From positions 170,527,001 through 170,580,554 of the forward strand of contig NC_068982.1 of assembly GCF_001194135.2 (NCBI RefSeq): a stretch of DNA of 53,554 nt. The letters are read 5' to 3'. The position numbers and the translations under genes are program-made. This DNA comes from Octopus bimaculoides (taxonomy: Eukaryota). The notes below the pieces were generated by a model. That model was not told the DNA's origin. It did not search any database and was given only the letters and a program-made list of their open reading frames with translations. Shown in pieces: positions 1-12,451 of this stretch (the first letter of the stretch is position 1; each line of letters opens with the position of its first letter).

Positions 1-273
1 GGAATCTAAAAACAGAAACAATTCCTATCATAGTAGGTGCCTTAGGTATAATAAAAAAATATTCAGACAAATACATAACAAAAACACCAGGACTTACAAA
101 TATATATAACATACAGAAAATTGCACTACTGGGTACTGCACACATTCTACGCAAAACACTTTCAATACAGTAACCATAAGAGCATCACAGCAAACCACAG
201 CACATACCCAAGGCACACAAAGTTTCGCTCGGTAGTGAAGTGAAAGCACGTTATAAAAATAAAACTACTGAAC
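1..273 (+). mobile_element. 3' end of an R4/Dong-clade (RLE-type) non-LTR retrotransposon; cut by the window edge
   Basis: Frame 3..173 reads NLKTETIPIIVGALGIIKKYSDKYITKTPGLTNIYNIQKIALLGTAHILRKTLSIQ*, matching the R4/Dong/Rex6 C-terminal signature (PIxVGALG...QKxALLGTAHILRK). It is followed by a ~100-nt 3' UTR and an (AAT)n tail. Confidence 0.85.
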
Positions 274-294
274 AATAATAATAATAATAATAAT

Positions 295-327
<33 letters not shown>
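274..327 (+). repeat. (AAT)n microsatellite; tail or target of the R4/Dong element
   Basis: Read directly; one interruption. Confidence 0.95.
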
Positions 328-329
<2 letters not shown>

Positions 330-458
330 TATCAAGACTGCGGCGAGAAAAATCCAGTGCATGGGCAATACCCAAACGAGCTTAGGAAGCTGATGTAGAT
401 ATGAGAAAGAGACTCTGCGACACCTCAGGCAGAGAAAAAAGACTGAGCGCTCTGAAAG
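328..458 (+). mobile_element. Short internal fragment of an R4/Dong-like ORF (post-RT region) between AAT runs
   Basis: Translates with a frameshift as ...GEKNPVHGQYPNELRK/ADVD..., resembling the W.EK..HGQY...D.D motif that lies between RT and CCHC in R4/Dong proteins. AAT repeats flank both sides. Confidence 0.55.
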
Positions 459-1831
459 AATAATAATATCAGTAATAGGCTCTCATTTAGGAAGAAGTCA
501 TGGAATATTTGAGGTGAGTGTTTTAGTGGATACCATAGATTTATAAGTTGACTAATATTTTATTTTAATCGACCTTGAATGGATGGATGGATGGTAAATT
601 TCACCCTAACAGAATTTGAACTCAGAGTATTCAGAGCTATATGGTATGATTTTCACCCATTGAGACCCACCCGTGTATTGATAATATAAACTATAAAATT
701 TTATACATGCGTATGGATATAGCGACAACAGTGCTGGAGAAACAGTGAGAAAATTTCGTGCCACTAGCAACCGACTTGTACGTTTCTGTATTTCAACGAA
801 GTTTAAATAATCTTCCTTGACACTCATCGTTGCGTCTAAGCTTACAAACAATTTACTGTCATATGCACACCTACACTCCAACAACCTCGTTCAAACAAAA
901 GAATTCACAAAGAATGAAATTATCGACAATTATTCACGGCTTGTAACATAAGTAAATACGAATTACCACATCTATCATTTTTTATAGTCGACACGAAAAT
1001 AAAAATGTCACTCCCTTCAGGCTATAGAGATAACTTTATTCTCATACCCTAGAGAAATAAATAAGTAAATATATAACAATCCTCAATTTTTAACAGCGGT
1101 ACTAAAAAGAAATATAAACACCAAATTATTGATACGCCAAGTAATATAACTGTCGTTGGGTTATCATGTCAGACATAAGAATAAAAGCAAATAGAAATCT
1201 GTTGAAAATGGGAGACATATTTGCAATTTTGTACACACTAGCCTAACCAGATAGGTACGAGTGTATATGTCTGCGTGTACGTACTTATATACACAGAGAC
1301 AGAAAAGAGGCAGACGTATACGCATACATACACATATAAGTATGTAATGTTCATGTATGTATTTGTGTATGTAGACGTGAATCTGAAAACAGGAATGTAT
1401 AAGGGGATTTTTGAATGTGTTTGTGCGTGTGTGTTCTTTCGTGCATTCATAGAAGACTCTGCATACAGAGGTAGAAATATATATATATATAAAAAAAAAA
1501 ATAAGAATAGACCAAAAAGAAAACCTCAAGCAGGCCAAATGAATAGAGTATGTTTGCACTGACAGACTTGTGGTACCGAGTAAATATATTCATATCAATA
1601 ATACAGAGCCGTTGTCCTCCTTTATAAATGTACATACAACAAAGTTCTTTGCACATAATAAAGCAAAGACCTCTCTGCAAACATACGTACGCACAGAAGT
1701 ACATTACTATTTACAAATACAGATACAGGGGCTTTTATACACCTAAATCTATAGATGAAACATAAAAATATATAAATGGAGACACAGTAATAGAAATACG
1801 TGTATACCAGGTAAACAGGTAAAGATAGACA

Positions 1832-1915
1832 CATACATACATACATACATACATACATACATACATACATGTATGCTTACATGGATACATACATATATAC
1901 ATACATACGTACATA
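1832..1915 (+). repeat. (ATAC)n / AT-rich microsatellite
   Basis: Read directly. Confidence 0.9.
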
Positions 1916-4900
1916 CACATAGTGTACGTATACAAATGATGATAGTAATCACGTCACTAACAAACTAGTTAACTATACATCATTTCCAGTGAGCTTCAAG
2001 TGTGTGTGTGTATATATATATACACTTAGGTATACTAATATATAAATACAAATATATCTATACATACATACATACATACATACATAAAATCTACACATAT
2101 ATATACATATATGCATACACATGCGGGCGCACACACACACACTCACACATATACTACTATTTTATAGATTACATAGAAACGACCGGTATTAAAAAATTGC
2201 GAAGATAAATACAATATTTAGGAATACCATTTCCAAAGTCGATATGGCAATTATGCATAACTAACTAAGCTACTTAGCCTAATTGATCAAAGTAAAGGTT
2301 GATGACTTGAAACTACATCAACCAAATAAATAGTCATGAGAGCAACGTGAGGCGAAGTAATTTTGTTAAGTACACAACGTACCACTTAGTCCAGGATTTG
2401 AAACCGCGATCACCAGAGAAACACCCTTACTCATTTCACTATGTGCCCTCACCTTCAATACCCTAATGTATATATATTTTAGCTTATAATGTTCCATGGA
2501 AGTCAATTAAGAGAAGTCGTCAATGGGGAAAAGCCTCGTCTAAATATCTGCAGTATAATACACAACCAACGAGTTAAAACTCACTCAGCACACTGAATAC
2601 ATCTTATCCGAAACCATCATCTCTACAGATCTCTAACGAGCAACGTGGAGAAGGTCTCCATATATAACCCATTTTCACAAGTTCTCCTATTTTCAAAATT
2701 ACAAGGGAAAAACTTGCGGAACCTTCCATTTTTTTTTCATCTTGATGTCATTGCAAGCCTTAATTTCGTATGAAATCTTCCAAAATTGCTGACAGCGAAA
2801 TCTCAGCTGACCTCATAATTTACTCTTAGATATATAGTCGTAGTCATATTAGCTTAGGTATACCCCATTCCGTTCCACTAGAATCACCACTACGTACACA
2901 CACACTGGGAAAAGCACAAGTCGTTTTTAGTCAACAACGCAAATGGAAGGAAATTTCTATAGGCCTTCACTCCTAACATACCACGCTGTCTTGTTTTCAT
3001 TGAACAATTATCGTTTTCTCGCCTTCATTTCCATCAGCCCAAAGCCTATGGAGACAGACACAAAGAATCACATTCCGCAACACATTGATTTAACCGCCTT
3101 AATTTATGGGTCAACTTTATCGTTCTTGTAGATATACAGGTGACCAACACACTTGTCATTTATCAGAAAACCGTTACCATTGAAATACTTGCTGGAAACA
3201 ATGTTGCTGCTCCTGAAATAATCAATGTTAGACCGTATATCGCAAAAGTGTCAGACCCGGAAAAAAATTAATCTTGGTCAGCGTTAAAGTATGTAAGATG
3301 TACGGTCTGTTACGACGGCAACGCTATGACTGTAACAGGGTTTAAGGGACCATGATATGGCACGAAAATTATTGGCAGCACAGTCCAATATATGGTCAGC
3401 AGATATTCTGTTACATCGCTATGCCTCACAAATATATTTTTCTTCTACAATGGCTAGTCTCAAGCCACTAGAAATCAGGTACTCTCGATGCAACAGTCTC
3501 TACTATTCCTGTCATCTATATTCTGTAACCCATTTGTGTATGCATTAGCTACAATATCAGAGCATCAGGACACTGTTCCAATGCTTTTTATTGAATGGTT
3601 TTTAGTTTCCAATTTGTACTTTTATATTTCATTTCCCTTGTATTGAGAGAAAGGAGATTTTATTTTATTCCTGTTCTCGTAGCTTATTAATATAGTTTCC
3701 ATGACTTTGCTTCCTTATAGTTGTACATTCCAACTAATATGATTTTGTAGTATTTGTAAAATTTGTGTAAAAGACTGTCATTTCTGTAATAATTACGTTG
3801 AATGGCAGAAACAGCAGAGGGTGGGAAAGAATTTTGTGGGCTATTTGCCTTTCATCTCTGTAATGTGCAGCCTGTGCTTATGTTAGAAACCAACCTTACT
3901 TTTATAATTTATATTATTAGGACTATTTTTTATTTCATGCATTTATTTTTCAATATTAAGATTGTTTTGTATAAAATTATCTGCAGATAATTTAGGCAGT
4001 TTTTCAAGATTATAAGAGATGCTTTGTAATGACGTTCTGATAAATTATGAGTGATAACAATATTGAGTGTGTAAGAGAGATAGAAGGATCGGGTTGGCGG
4101 AGCAGCTGGAGAGAAAATGCGTGCCTTATCGAAAGAGAAATTGAGAGAGGAAGGGGTTCTTTTTGAATATATTTTTTTCTTCTTGTGTAAAGAAAATTCG
4201 GAAATATCATTACGCTAGTCCATACTGGCTAGCGGGCAAACAAGAAAGTTAATACTGGGTGTAGAATGAGAGTGAGCTGCCTTGGCATTTTTAGACACAG
4301 ATCTTATAATTAAAACTGCCATTACAGCAAAAGTGGTTCTGAGAAGATACGCCGGTGGGCATAGTATCAAATCGATATTTATCCAATCCATTTTGAAATT
4401 AATGACAACAACGTCAAGAGTCGTATTGAAAACTACTAAAATAATTTGGTGGTGGTGGTGAGGTGCATATCAGCAACACTCACACAAAACAAACGCGAAC
4501 CTATACACACACTCACAAAAATCATCGACATGCAGCATTAGTGAGAGCATTGTATGATAGCAACATCGAAAATGATAACAACATAAAAAGAACAAAAAAA
4601 CACGGCAACGACAACATGACTGCTAACAAGAAGGCTGTAATGCAAGCAAACAGCAGCAGCGAATATAAGATGTTAGTTGTATCAGACAGCACAAGCAAGG
4701 TAAAGTCGTACATAATTCTAGTGATCAAAGATTTGGAAGGTTTGAGGCAATATTTTAGCAGTATGCTCACAAGCTTAATACATATTTCAAAATCTCGAAA
4801 TATATCATTTAACCGTCTGTTTCTACAAAGTTTCATATATAGATATTATGCATATCAAACTGTTACATTGTGGCAAGCAGAATGTTTCAATCATAGAATC

Positions 4901-5194
4901 CTCGACACAACACTCAGGTCATTAATAGCATTGTAGTGTCCAAAATATAATGCTAATAGTGGTGAAGTAAACTCAATTTGTACCATCAGACATCATGCTC
5001 TGTTGGGTATCTGAAAATGATGTAGCAAGACTTATCTTTCCTAATTAGGGGATGTCGAAAGTTCATAGGTGTGAAGGGATATTGATTTACGGAGGAATGC
5101 TACTTATACAGTACTCAGTAATATTTTGTGTCAAAGATATAATTTTTAACTATCATTCCCACATTTTCCCTAAAATTTGATGCGTACGCAAGAA

Positions 5195-5310
5195 GTAGGT
5201 GTTCAGTGTTATAAGTGGATTCTTTAAGTTCTGAGTTTAAATTCTGCCGAGTTCGACTTCGCCTTTTTATCATATTGAGACCGTAGATTGCTAGTCTTAT
5301 GCCAAGATTG
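5195..5310 (+). mobile_element. Degenerate SINE family A fragment
   Basis: gttctgagtttaaattctgccgagttcgacttcgcctttt matches the B-box and central segment of the intact copies at 45114 and 49940. Confidence 0.6.
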
Positions 5311-6952
5311 GAAAATGTTATTGTTGTTTTTTTTTATTGCTTTGCAAATTATGTGCAAAACACATTCTCGGTGTGAGTAATTTCACTGACGTATTCACAG
5401 AGCATATCGGGTCTCATATATAAGAAAACCAATAATAGAACAAATATTTATGCATAAAACAATAAAACAAAATAGTACAGATATTATAAGAGCATCAAAT
5501 ATAAGTAAGTCACAGCAACAACACTAATACTATTTATACCAATAATAATCCCTGGTATTTTATCACCCCACAACTTTTTAATAAAAGCAATATTATCCAA
5601 ATTTGATAGATTAATTAAGATAATTTAGCTTCTAATCGGTGTTTCTACAATGACATAACGACGTCAATAAAGATTTTGTTGTAAAACACATTTAAACGGT
5701 ATTGTCTGATTACTGTAAGCGAAAGTTTATGCTGTGTCTGTTATATCATATCAAATTGTAATAATCTATTTATCTAAATATCATCTGCTGCTGTGTGTGT
5801 GTATCTGTTTCTCTTTCCTTCTCTCTCTCTCTCTCTCTCTCTTTCTTTCTCTCCTAATATATGTTTTTGTTTGCATGCATATTTATGTATGTAGAATCTT
5901 GAATCCATAAAAAATAATTACGACTGATAAGACAAGCACAATTCGATAAATCCGTTTACCCATATTGCATTGCAAAATAACTTGCAACTGATAAACTGTT
6001 CAACATTTTTGCAAACCATAATGTTAACGAAATTTAGATTAATTACCATCGATAACAGACTTGCAACACAATTATAATTCAAACAGGTATAAAAGACGAA
6101 AGAAAAACTGTTAATTAATAAAAATATACATATGATAATAAAATCTATCGTATGCAAAAATATATGTATGTAACGTAAGTGTAATAAATATAAGTCATAA
6201 AAAAACACCAGCGTTCTTTAAAAAATAATCACATATATGACAACAGCTGTGACCTTGAAAATGCAAATGAGGGACTAAATAGGCTTTAATCCAAATCCAG
6301 CCACTTTCAGCATAATAGTTATCCATGGACCAAAGAGGAAGCATGTGCATGGTAGCACAAGCTCCTACAAAGAATCAGTTAAAAATATTTCCTAACACAT
6401 ATACTAACCATCTTTAAAATGGAACAATACTCTGTATAATATGAACTCGATACACTACATCCGAACCAAAAGAGATTAGATTGTTACGGTTAAAATCCCT
6501 TTGATGAAATGCCGACTATATCAGAAAAACTTTGATACATAACGTGTATTAATTCACAGCTTTCAATAGGCTTTTCCATTTTTATGTACATCCACTCATA
6601 GAGAAACACCAAGGAATTTTACTTCAACACCTCTATAGAGGCTAGATATCTTTCTCAATTTCAATTAATATCTTTCTTAATTTTTTCTTAATTTCTTAAT
6701 CATAGGTCACCAACCTATTACACTAAAAATCGTGTACACGTAGCAAACATGTTATTAAAAAAATGCAAATATTAATTTTGTTAACTAAGTTGTCAGTAGT
6801 TGTGATAGGTTCTCCCTATTAAAGAGAGAAGAATGAATAGAATCGACCTCTTAGTCACAAATGTAGATACTCAATTTATATTCTGAATCATGATTTAGTT
6901 ATGGGTTGGGTGTGCAGGATTATGTACTTTTAATAATCAATGAATGCATATG

Positions 6953-7067
6953 ATCAACGTATGCAAATAACCAACGTATGGTTGTAAATAGTCAACGCAT
7001 ACATGTGAATAGTCAACGTATGCATGTAAATAGTCAACATATGCATAAAGTCAACTTTTGCAAATAG
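6953..7067 (+). repeat. Degenerate 17-21-bp minisatellite, about 6 units of tcaacgtatgcatgtaaatag
   Basis: Recurring tcaac...aatag units read directly. Confidence 0.8.
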
Positions 7068-7229
7068 TAATGTATGCATATAAATAAGGAGTAAACTTAC
7101 AGAAATAAATAAATAATATGAAACCCTTTCTCAACTCATTAATAAACGATGGTCTCACTCACACATTTCTAATTTATCACGTGATATTAATGTCACATTG
7201 ACAGTTTTTGTCATTACAGCGAATGCACC

Positions 7230-7440
7230 AAAGTTGCATAAACAATAGAGCATTGCACTAAGCGTTTCATACAAGACTTTCGTTGTATTAAGCCCTTCAT
7301 ATGGGATTAAAAACATTGCGGTGCTTCATTTCGGTTCCCTACAATTTAAATTTAAATAAAGCAAAGTCATACAACTTTTGGTGAGTAAAAATAACTCAAA
7401 ATTGGTGTCTATCGAATGGCATCTAATTGAATGAAATGTC
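7230..7440 (-). mobile_element. Possible ancient mariner/Tc1 5' remnant
   Basis: The minus strand has weak, frame-disrupted similarity to a mariner transposase N-terminal HTH region. No TIR found. Confidence 0.3.
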
Positions 7441-9954
7441 GATTCGTTTCCGTTAACTGTACTGTGCTATATTCATGAGTATTAAGCTCAACTCGGTTCA
7501 GTCTATTTCTGTATAAACATGTTAGGTTACAAAGATATATCATAACGAAATGAAATTCTAATGCAGTTTACAATTAATGAGAATTTTACAGTCAACAGTG
7601 CAGTATTTATGCTCTACGATGGAGCTGGTATAGGTGATTAAAAGGAATTTCGATCTTTAGTGATTGAATTGATACTCTATAACTTAGTCATAAGATTCGG
7701 GTATTTGTTATTATGTGAGGTCTGTGATAGTTGATATGCAACATTTCCTTCAACGTTAGACAAATAATATAAAAATATCCACCATTTAGGATACCACAAT
7801 TATTTCGATTTTCCATTGTATGTTCTCGTCTTTCAATTTGTCACCTTTTATATTCATTACAATACATGAATACGCGAGATGGGAGGATTTAAAACACCAA
7901 GCAAATAACGTCAATACAACAAGCTTTTTAGGCTTCAGTTAAAAAGGAAAAATAAAAACAAGAAGTAAACAACAAATAATAATTGTTCCTGAATGGTTGA
8001 CCTTAGAAGCTATATATCAATGTCATTGTAACAATGCCGCTAGGATGGGCGCTGACATTGCACGCCTTCGCGCTGTTCTTCGCCTTCCCGCTATTCTGTA
8101 TAAAAGCTATCAAATTGCAGCAACAGCATAGTTAAAATTTCAACCGTCTTTAGAATTCTCTCTCCAATGATCTTTATAAGCTTATGAAAATCGTTGTGCA
8201 AACGTTCATGTAGTTTATAATAGAAATGAACCCACACACACAAACACACTCTCACTTATCATGCATACATACACATAAAGATGCATGCAAATAAAGATAC
8301 ATACAGAGACACATGCATACATATTACTATCATGTATATCACACACTTTTCGTGATTGACTATTCTTTGCAATGGAATAAAATTGCCTTTTCACATGAAG
8401 TATTGTATTCATGTTAGTGTGGGAAATATTAAAGGTTTCTATTCTCATTTCATTAGAGCGACAGTGAGACTGGCAAGCCAACAATATCATTCATTGGTGA
8501 TACTCAGTTAAAGGAGGGATTTAAATTGTAAGTTACTAAAGTAAGAATCACAAGTGAAAAGTGCCGTTTTATGTAATAGCATGAAAATCGGCTTTAATAA
8601 TCTTAACCATTAAAAAAATTATATCTACATCGCTTTCTTTTCATGCAGATGGTGCCTGATAAATATTTAATTTTTAAAGAATTCTCTGTCTCTACATTAA
8701 CAAGTAAAAAGTTCTGAATAATTATTTAGTTATTCAGTCGCTATACTGTCGCAACGTACGTGATGTTTATATGTCGGCTGTTTACCCAAATCAAGTGTTA
8801 ATATGTAATGAGTAGCAAATGAGACACGAATTATTGTAATATATATGAGTGTGTGTGTGTTGCAAAACAGGAAGTTAGGAAACGTTTTGGTTTTGTTTAT
8901 TCACTATTAAATATGCTTCATTTGGTAACAGGAATCACCAAGTTGTACAAGTAGGATATACATGTATGAAATTCTTCAGATCTTGAATCAAATACTAATA
9001 AGTATTATTTGATTCTCTCTATGAAGTATTTCTTATACGAAATTTCTTATATGTTTTCCAGCTTGTATAACTTTAGCAAATGAAACATTTGTAATGGAAT
9101 GGTGAATAAATGAAATCCAAAGATTTTCCAACATCCCGTTTTGTTATATAATAACTTTGCAAACAATATCTTCACAATGTGCAGCTTTAATATGTACCTT
9201 ATACCAATACAACAACAACAACAGCAGTTACCGGATTGTAATACTGAAATAAGCAGATATGCTTCAGGAGTACACAGCTTTGATTTTACCCTACCGACAT
9301 TATATGTATATTAGTGTTACGGAATATATTTTGAATTATTATATGCGAAGAAACAAATTCATTCATTTTTTTGTTGCCTATTTACTTTTAAGAGTGAATG
9401 GGAAAAGGTAAAACGTTGCTGCTGCTACTAGTCTAGCATCTGAAAATATTTCAGGTTATTTTATTAAAGAAACATAAGTGGAAAGATTTCGATGTTGAAC
9501 AATCATAATGTAGATATATTATATGTCTTATAGTGACAGCTATTTTCGTATTCAAAGTGACGTAAAAGAACTGCTGGTTTGTATTTCATTCTTGATACAG
9601 AATGCCAGTAAAATTTGATTTACATCTAATTTTAAATTGCATATACATTGAAGTGGAGCTGTGCTTTATACTGGATTGTATCATACATCACGTAAATTCA
9701 GCTGAGAGCAAGGTTTCTATCCGATCACAGTACTACTGTATAAACTGTTTGCCATGCATAGCTAATACGATGGCGCAGCTGAGGCTATTGAAAAACTTTA
9801 TATTTAACTTTTGGTAGAAAGATCTGTTTCTGCTCGGAGAAAATTATTTTGTTTGGTGGGAATCAGCAAAATTTCAGGAAGACAATTAGATTTATCTGTT
9901 TTGCTTGGCATTTTTGATTTTAAACATTACTAGGGTGAAATTTTGTTTGTTTCG

Positions 9955-10430
9955 TTTGCTGATTGCTTGCACAAATACTGCTACCTGAAGTTTGTCAACT
10001 CACTATATTACATATGTGTGACATTACTGAATTTCTATTCACTATGCGGAATACTTTGAGGTATTTTCCTACAGACATATTGTTTATAACTTACCTAGTG
10101 ATTACTAGGCATACTATGCGACTGCAACCACAGACAAATGTTTTGGATAATTATTTGTAAGCATATATCGTAAGGTGTAACCGTCTGCCTTTCATCGATT
10201 TATTCGTTTAATTTCTGTGATTAAGGAGTTCGCCGAAATTAAACGAATAAATCGATGAAATGCAGACAGTTACACCTTAAGATATATGCTCACAAATAAT
10301 TATCCAAAACATTTTTCTGTGGTTGCAGTCGTATTCCGCATAGTGAATAAAAATTCAGTAATGTCACCCATATGTAATATAGTGAGTTGACAAACTTCAG
10401 TTAGCAATATTTGTGCAAGCAATGAGCAAA
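9955..10430. repeat. Long foldback inverted repeat: ~195-bp arms, 19-nt spacer, 65-bp extra segment in the left arm
   Basis: 9955-10053 plus 10119-10215 is the reverse complement of 10235-10430 with few mismatches, e.g. gtttgtcaactcactatattacatatg / catatgtaatatagtgagttgacaaac and tttcatcgatttattcgtttaatttc / gaaattaaacgaataaatcgatgaaa. Confidence 0.92.
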
Positions 10431-10433
10431 AAT

Positions 10434-10471
10434 AAAAAAATATGTAAGTCTGATGACTTACATATTTTTTT
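10434..10471. repeat. Perfect 17-bp-stem hairpin with 4-nt loop
   Basis: aaaaaaatatgtaagtc-tgat-gacttacatattttttt read directly. Confidence 0.9.
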
Positions 10472-11107
10472 CTGAGACTAACATATTTTTTCTGAAATAT
10501 TTTACAAATGTGTTTAGTTAAGGTTTGTGTAGCGATACCACTATTCTCCATCAGTGCGAAATTGACTCCTTTTTGCGGTGGGAACTAAAGTAACTAGCAT
10601 AGAATAATACTTATTCATTAAGTTTGTAAAGCTATGCTCATATTTTACCTGGAAAAATATTCTCAGACGCTATTATATTTATTATTATATTTTGAAAAAT
10701 ATTAACCTTTTTTTTCTCTTGTTTGTTCGTTGAAGTTCTTTTTCCTATTTGCGATTTCTACAGTTAATAAATTATTCTAGGTGTGTGACGCCTTCTCAGC
10801 AGTTTAGAATCCCAATTTTTATTCGTCGTTTTTTGCACATCCCCTTTCGTCATTGGAATTTTATATATTTATTCACTTAGAAAGATTCTGTCAACAGATA
10901 TTCACATCTGTGTTCCCATTAGATTACTTACTTTGACATGAATTTCTGCTGAATATGGCCCCTCCCTGCGTTCCCACTAATTTGCATTGCATCAACATGG
11001 ACGCCAGGCCTGGAGTTGAAATGAGAAAGATAATTAAGATTCATTTCAATATGAATCCCAGTGGATGGAAATAAAACTTTGCATAGAGAGCGAGTGAGTG
11101 AGTGAGT

Positions 11108-11152
<45 letters not shown>

Positions 11153-11215
11153 NNNNNNNNNNAGAGAGAAAGAGAGAGACAGAGAGAGAGAGACAGAGAG
11201 AGGGAGAGAGAGAGA
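11108..11215 (+). repeat. (AG)n microsatellite containing a small N gap
   Basis: Read directly. Confidence 0.95.
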
Positions 11216-11538
11216 GAAAATTGAGACAGACAGAGTGAGAGAAAGGGTGATAACGACAGACTCACAGAGTGATGGAGAGAGAGAGAAGGGGATGTGAGAC
11301 GCTGAAAACATGGAGGTAAGCAGACATATCTACACTCTCATAGAATATAAATGCAATACACGTGATACGCATGCAAACAAACATGTGCATGTTAATTAAG
11401 TATACGGATATAAAAGTCACACGCAAACTCATATATGCATATGAGAGTGTAAGCGTGTGCATATATAGATCTGTATATATATATATATATATATATATAA
11501 GGGCATTATTATACAATAATGCCTCACGCTAAACTACC

Positions 11539-11584
<46 letters not shown>

Positions 11585-11631
11585 TTCTTTTATTCTTTTA
11601 CTTGTTTCAGTCATTTTGACTGCTGTCATGC
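11585..11631 (-). mobile_element. 3' tail of SINE family B (minus copy)
   Basis: cttttacttgtttcagtcattttgactgc is the reverse complement of the tail at ~11855-11890 and matches 50901 onward. Confidence 0.65.
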
Positions 11632-11687
11632 ATACATACATACATGTATATATATATGTGTGTGTGTGTCTGTGTATTTTTGTGACT

Positions 11688-11900
11688 GTGTTTGTCCGCC
11701 CACCATCGCATGACAATCGATGTTAGTATGTTTACGTCCCCGTAACTTAGCGGTTTGGCAAAATGGACCGACAGAATAAATATCAGGCTTACAAAGAATA
11801 AGACCTGGGGCCGATTTCTTCGAATAATATCCCTTTAAGGTGATGCTCCAGCTTGGCCACCATCAAATGTCTGAAACAAGTAAAAGAATAAAACAATAAA
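11688..11900 (+). mobile_element. 3' half of SINE family B (tRNA-like head, internal microsatellite, 3' half)
   Basis: gtttacgtccccgtaacttagcggtttggc...ttacaaagaataag...gctccagc...ctgaaacaagtaaaag; homologous to the reverse complement of 50901-51028 and 49070-49260. Confidence 0.75.
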
Positions 11901-12403
11901 AGGACATACAAAAGTAATGGCTGAAAGTTACTGGTAGCTAAAACATCGAAGTTACTGTCAACAACATCCCTGTATAGAAATAATAAATTTGTACTCTTCA
12001 AAAGTATAGAGTTACCCATCAGATTCTAATGTAAAATTCTTTTAACTGTAACTGAACATAAAAACAAACATTAATATATATACATACATAAATTATAAGT
12101 AAATGCTGAATGCGGTTAGGGAAAAAGAATTCCTTTTCCTTATTCTTGTAGACTTACCGTCATCATGATCATCATCAGCTTCGTCATCATTATTATTTAT
12201 CTTGCTGTGGTTCTATTCATAGTTATGGTTATTAATTAACTGGAGTAATAACAGTCGTAGCATTTTTGAGATATGAAACTCATGTTGCCTTAGGCTTCAT
12301 GGCTGCTTTAAAGAGTTGAGTTCAAATGTCCTCATCATCATTATCATGACCATCATGATCATTGGGATATTATCATTGTTGTTACTACTACTACTACTAC
12401 AAC

Positions 12404-12449
<46 letters not shown>
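12404..12449 (+). repeat. (ATT)n microsatellite preceded by (ACT)n
   Basis: Read directly. Confidence 0.95.

Positions 12450-12451
<2 letters not shown>

Noticed and set aside
1164-2208. Overlapping 65-131-aa ORFs rich in Y/I/C/V/M/H/T
   Set aside because: Translations of (TA)n, (ATAC)n and (CA)n microsatellites; no domain signal. The same applies to similar ORFs at 17.5-18.2, 20.7-21.4, 33.0-33.4, 37.6-38.5, 41.2-41.9, 46.3-47.2 and 49.1-49.4 kb.
3300-3560. Weak resemblance to a CR1/L2 RT C-terminus (IWSA...LKPLEIR)
   Set aside because: Too few conserved residues to call without a profile search.
4463-4936. 157-aa ORF
   Set aside because: Low-complexity A/C-rich start, no recognisable motif and no splice context; consistent with chance.
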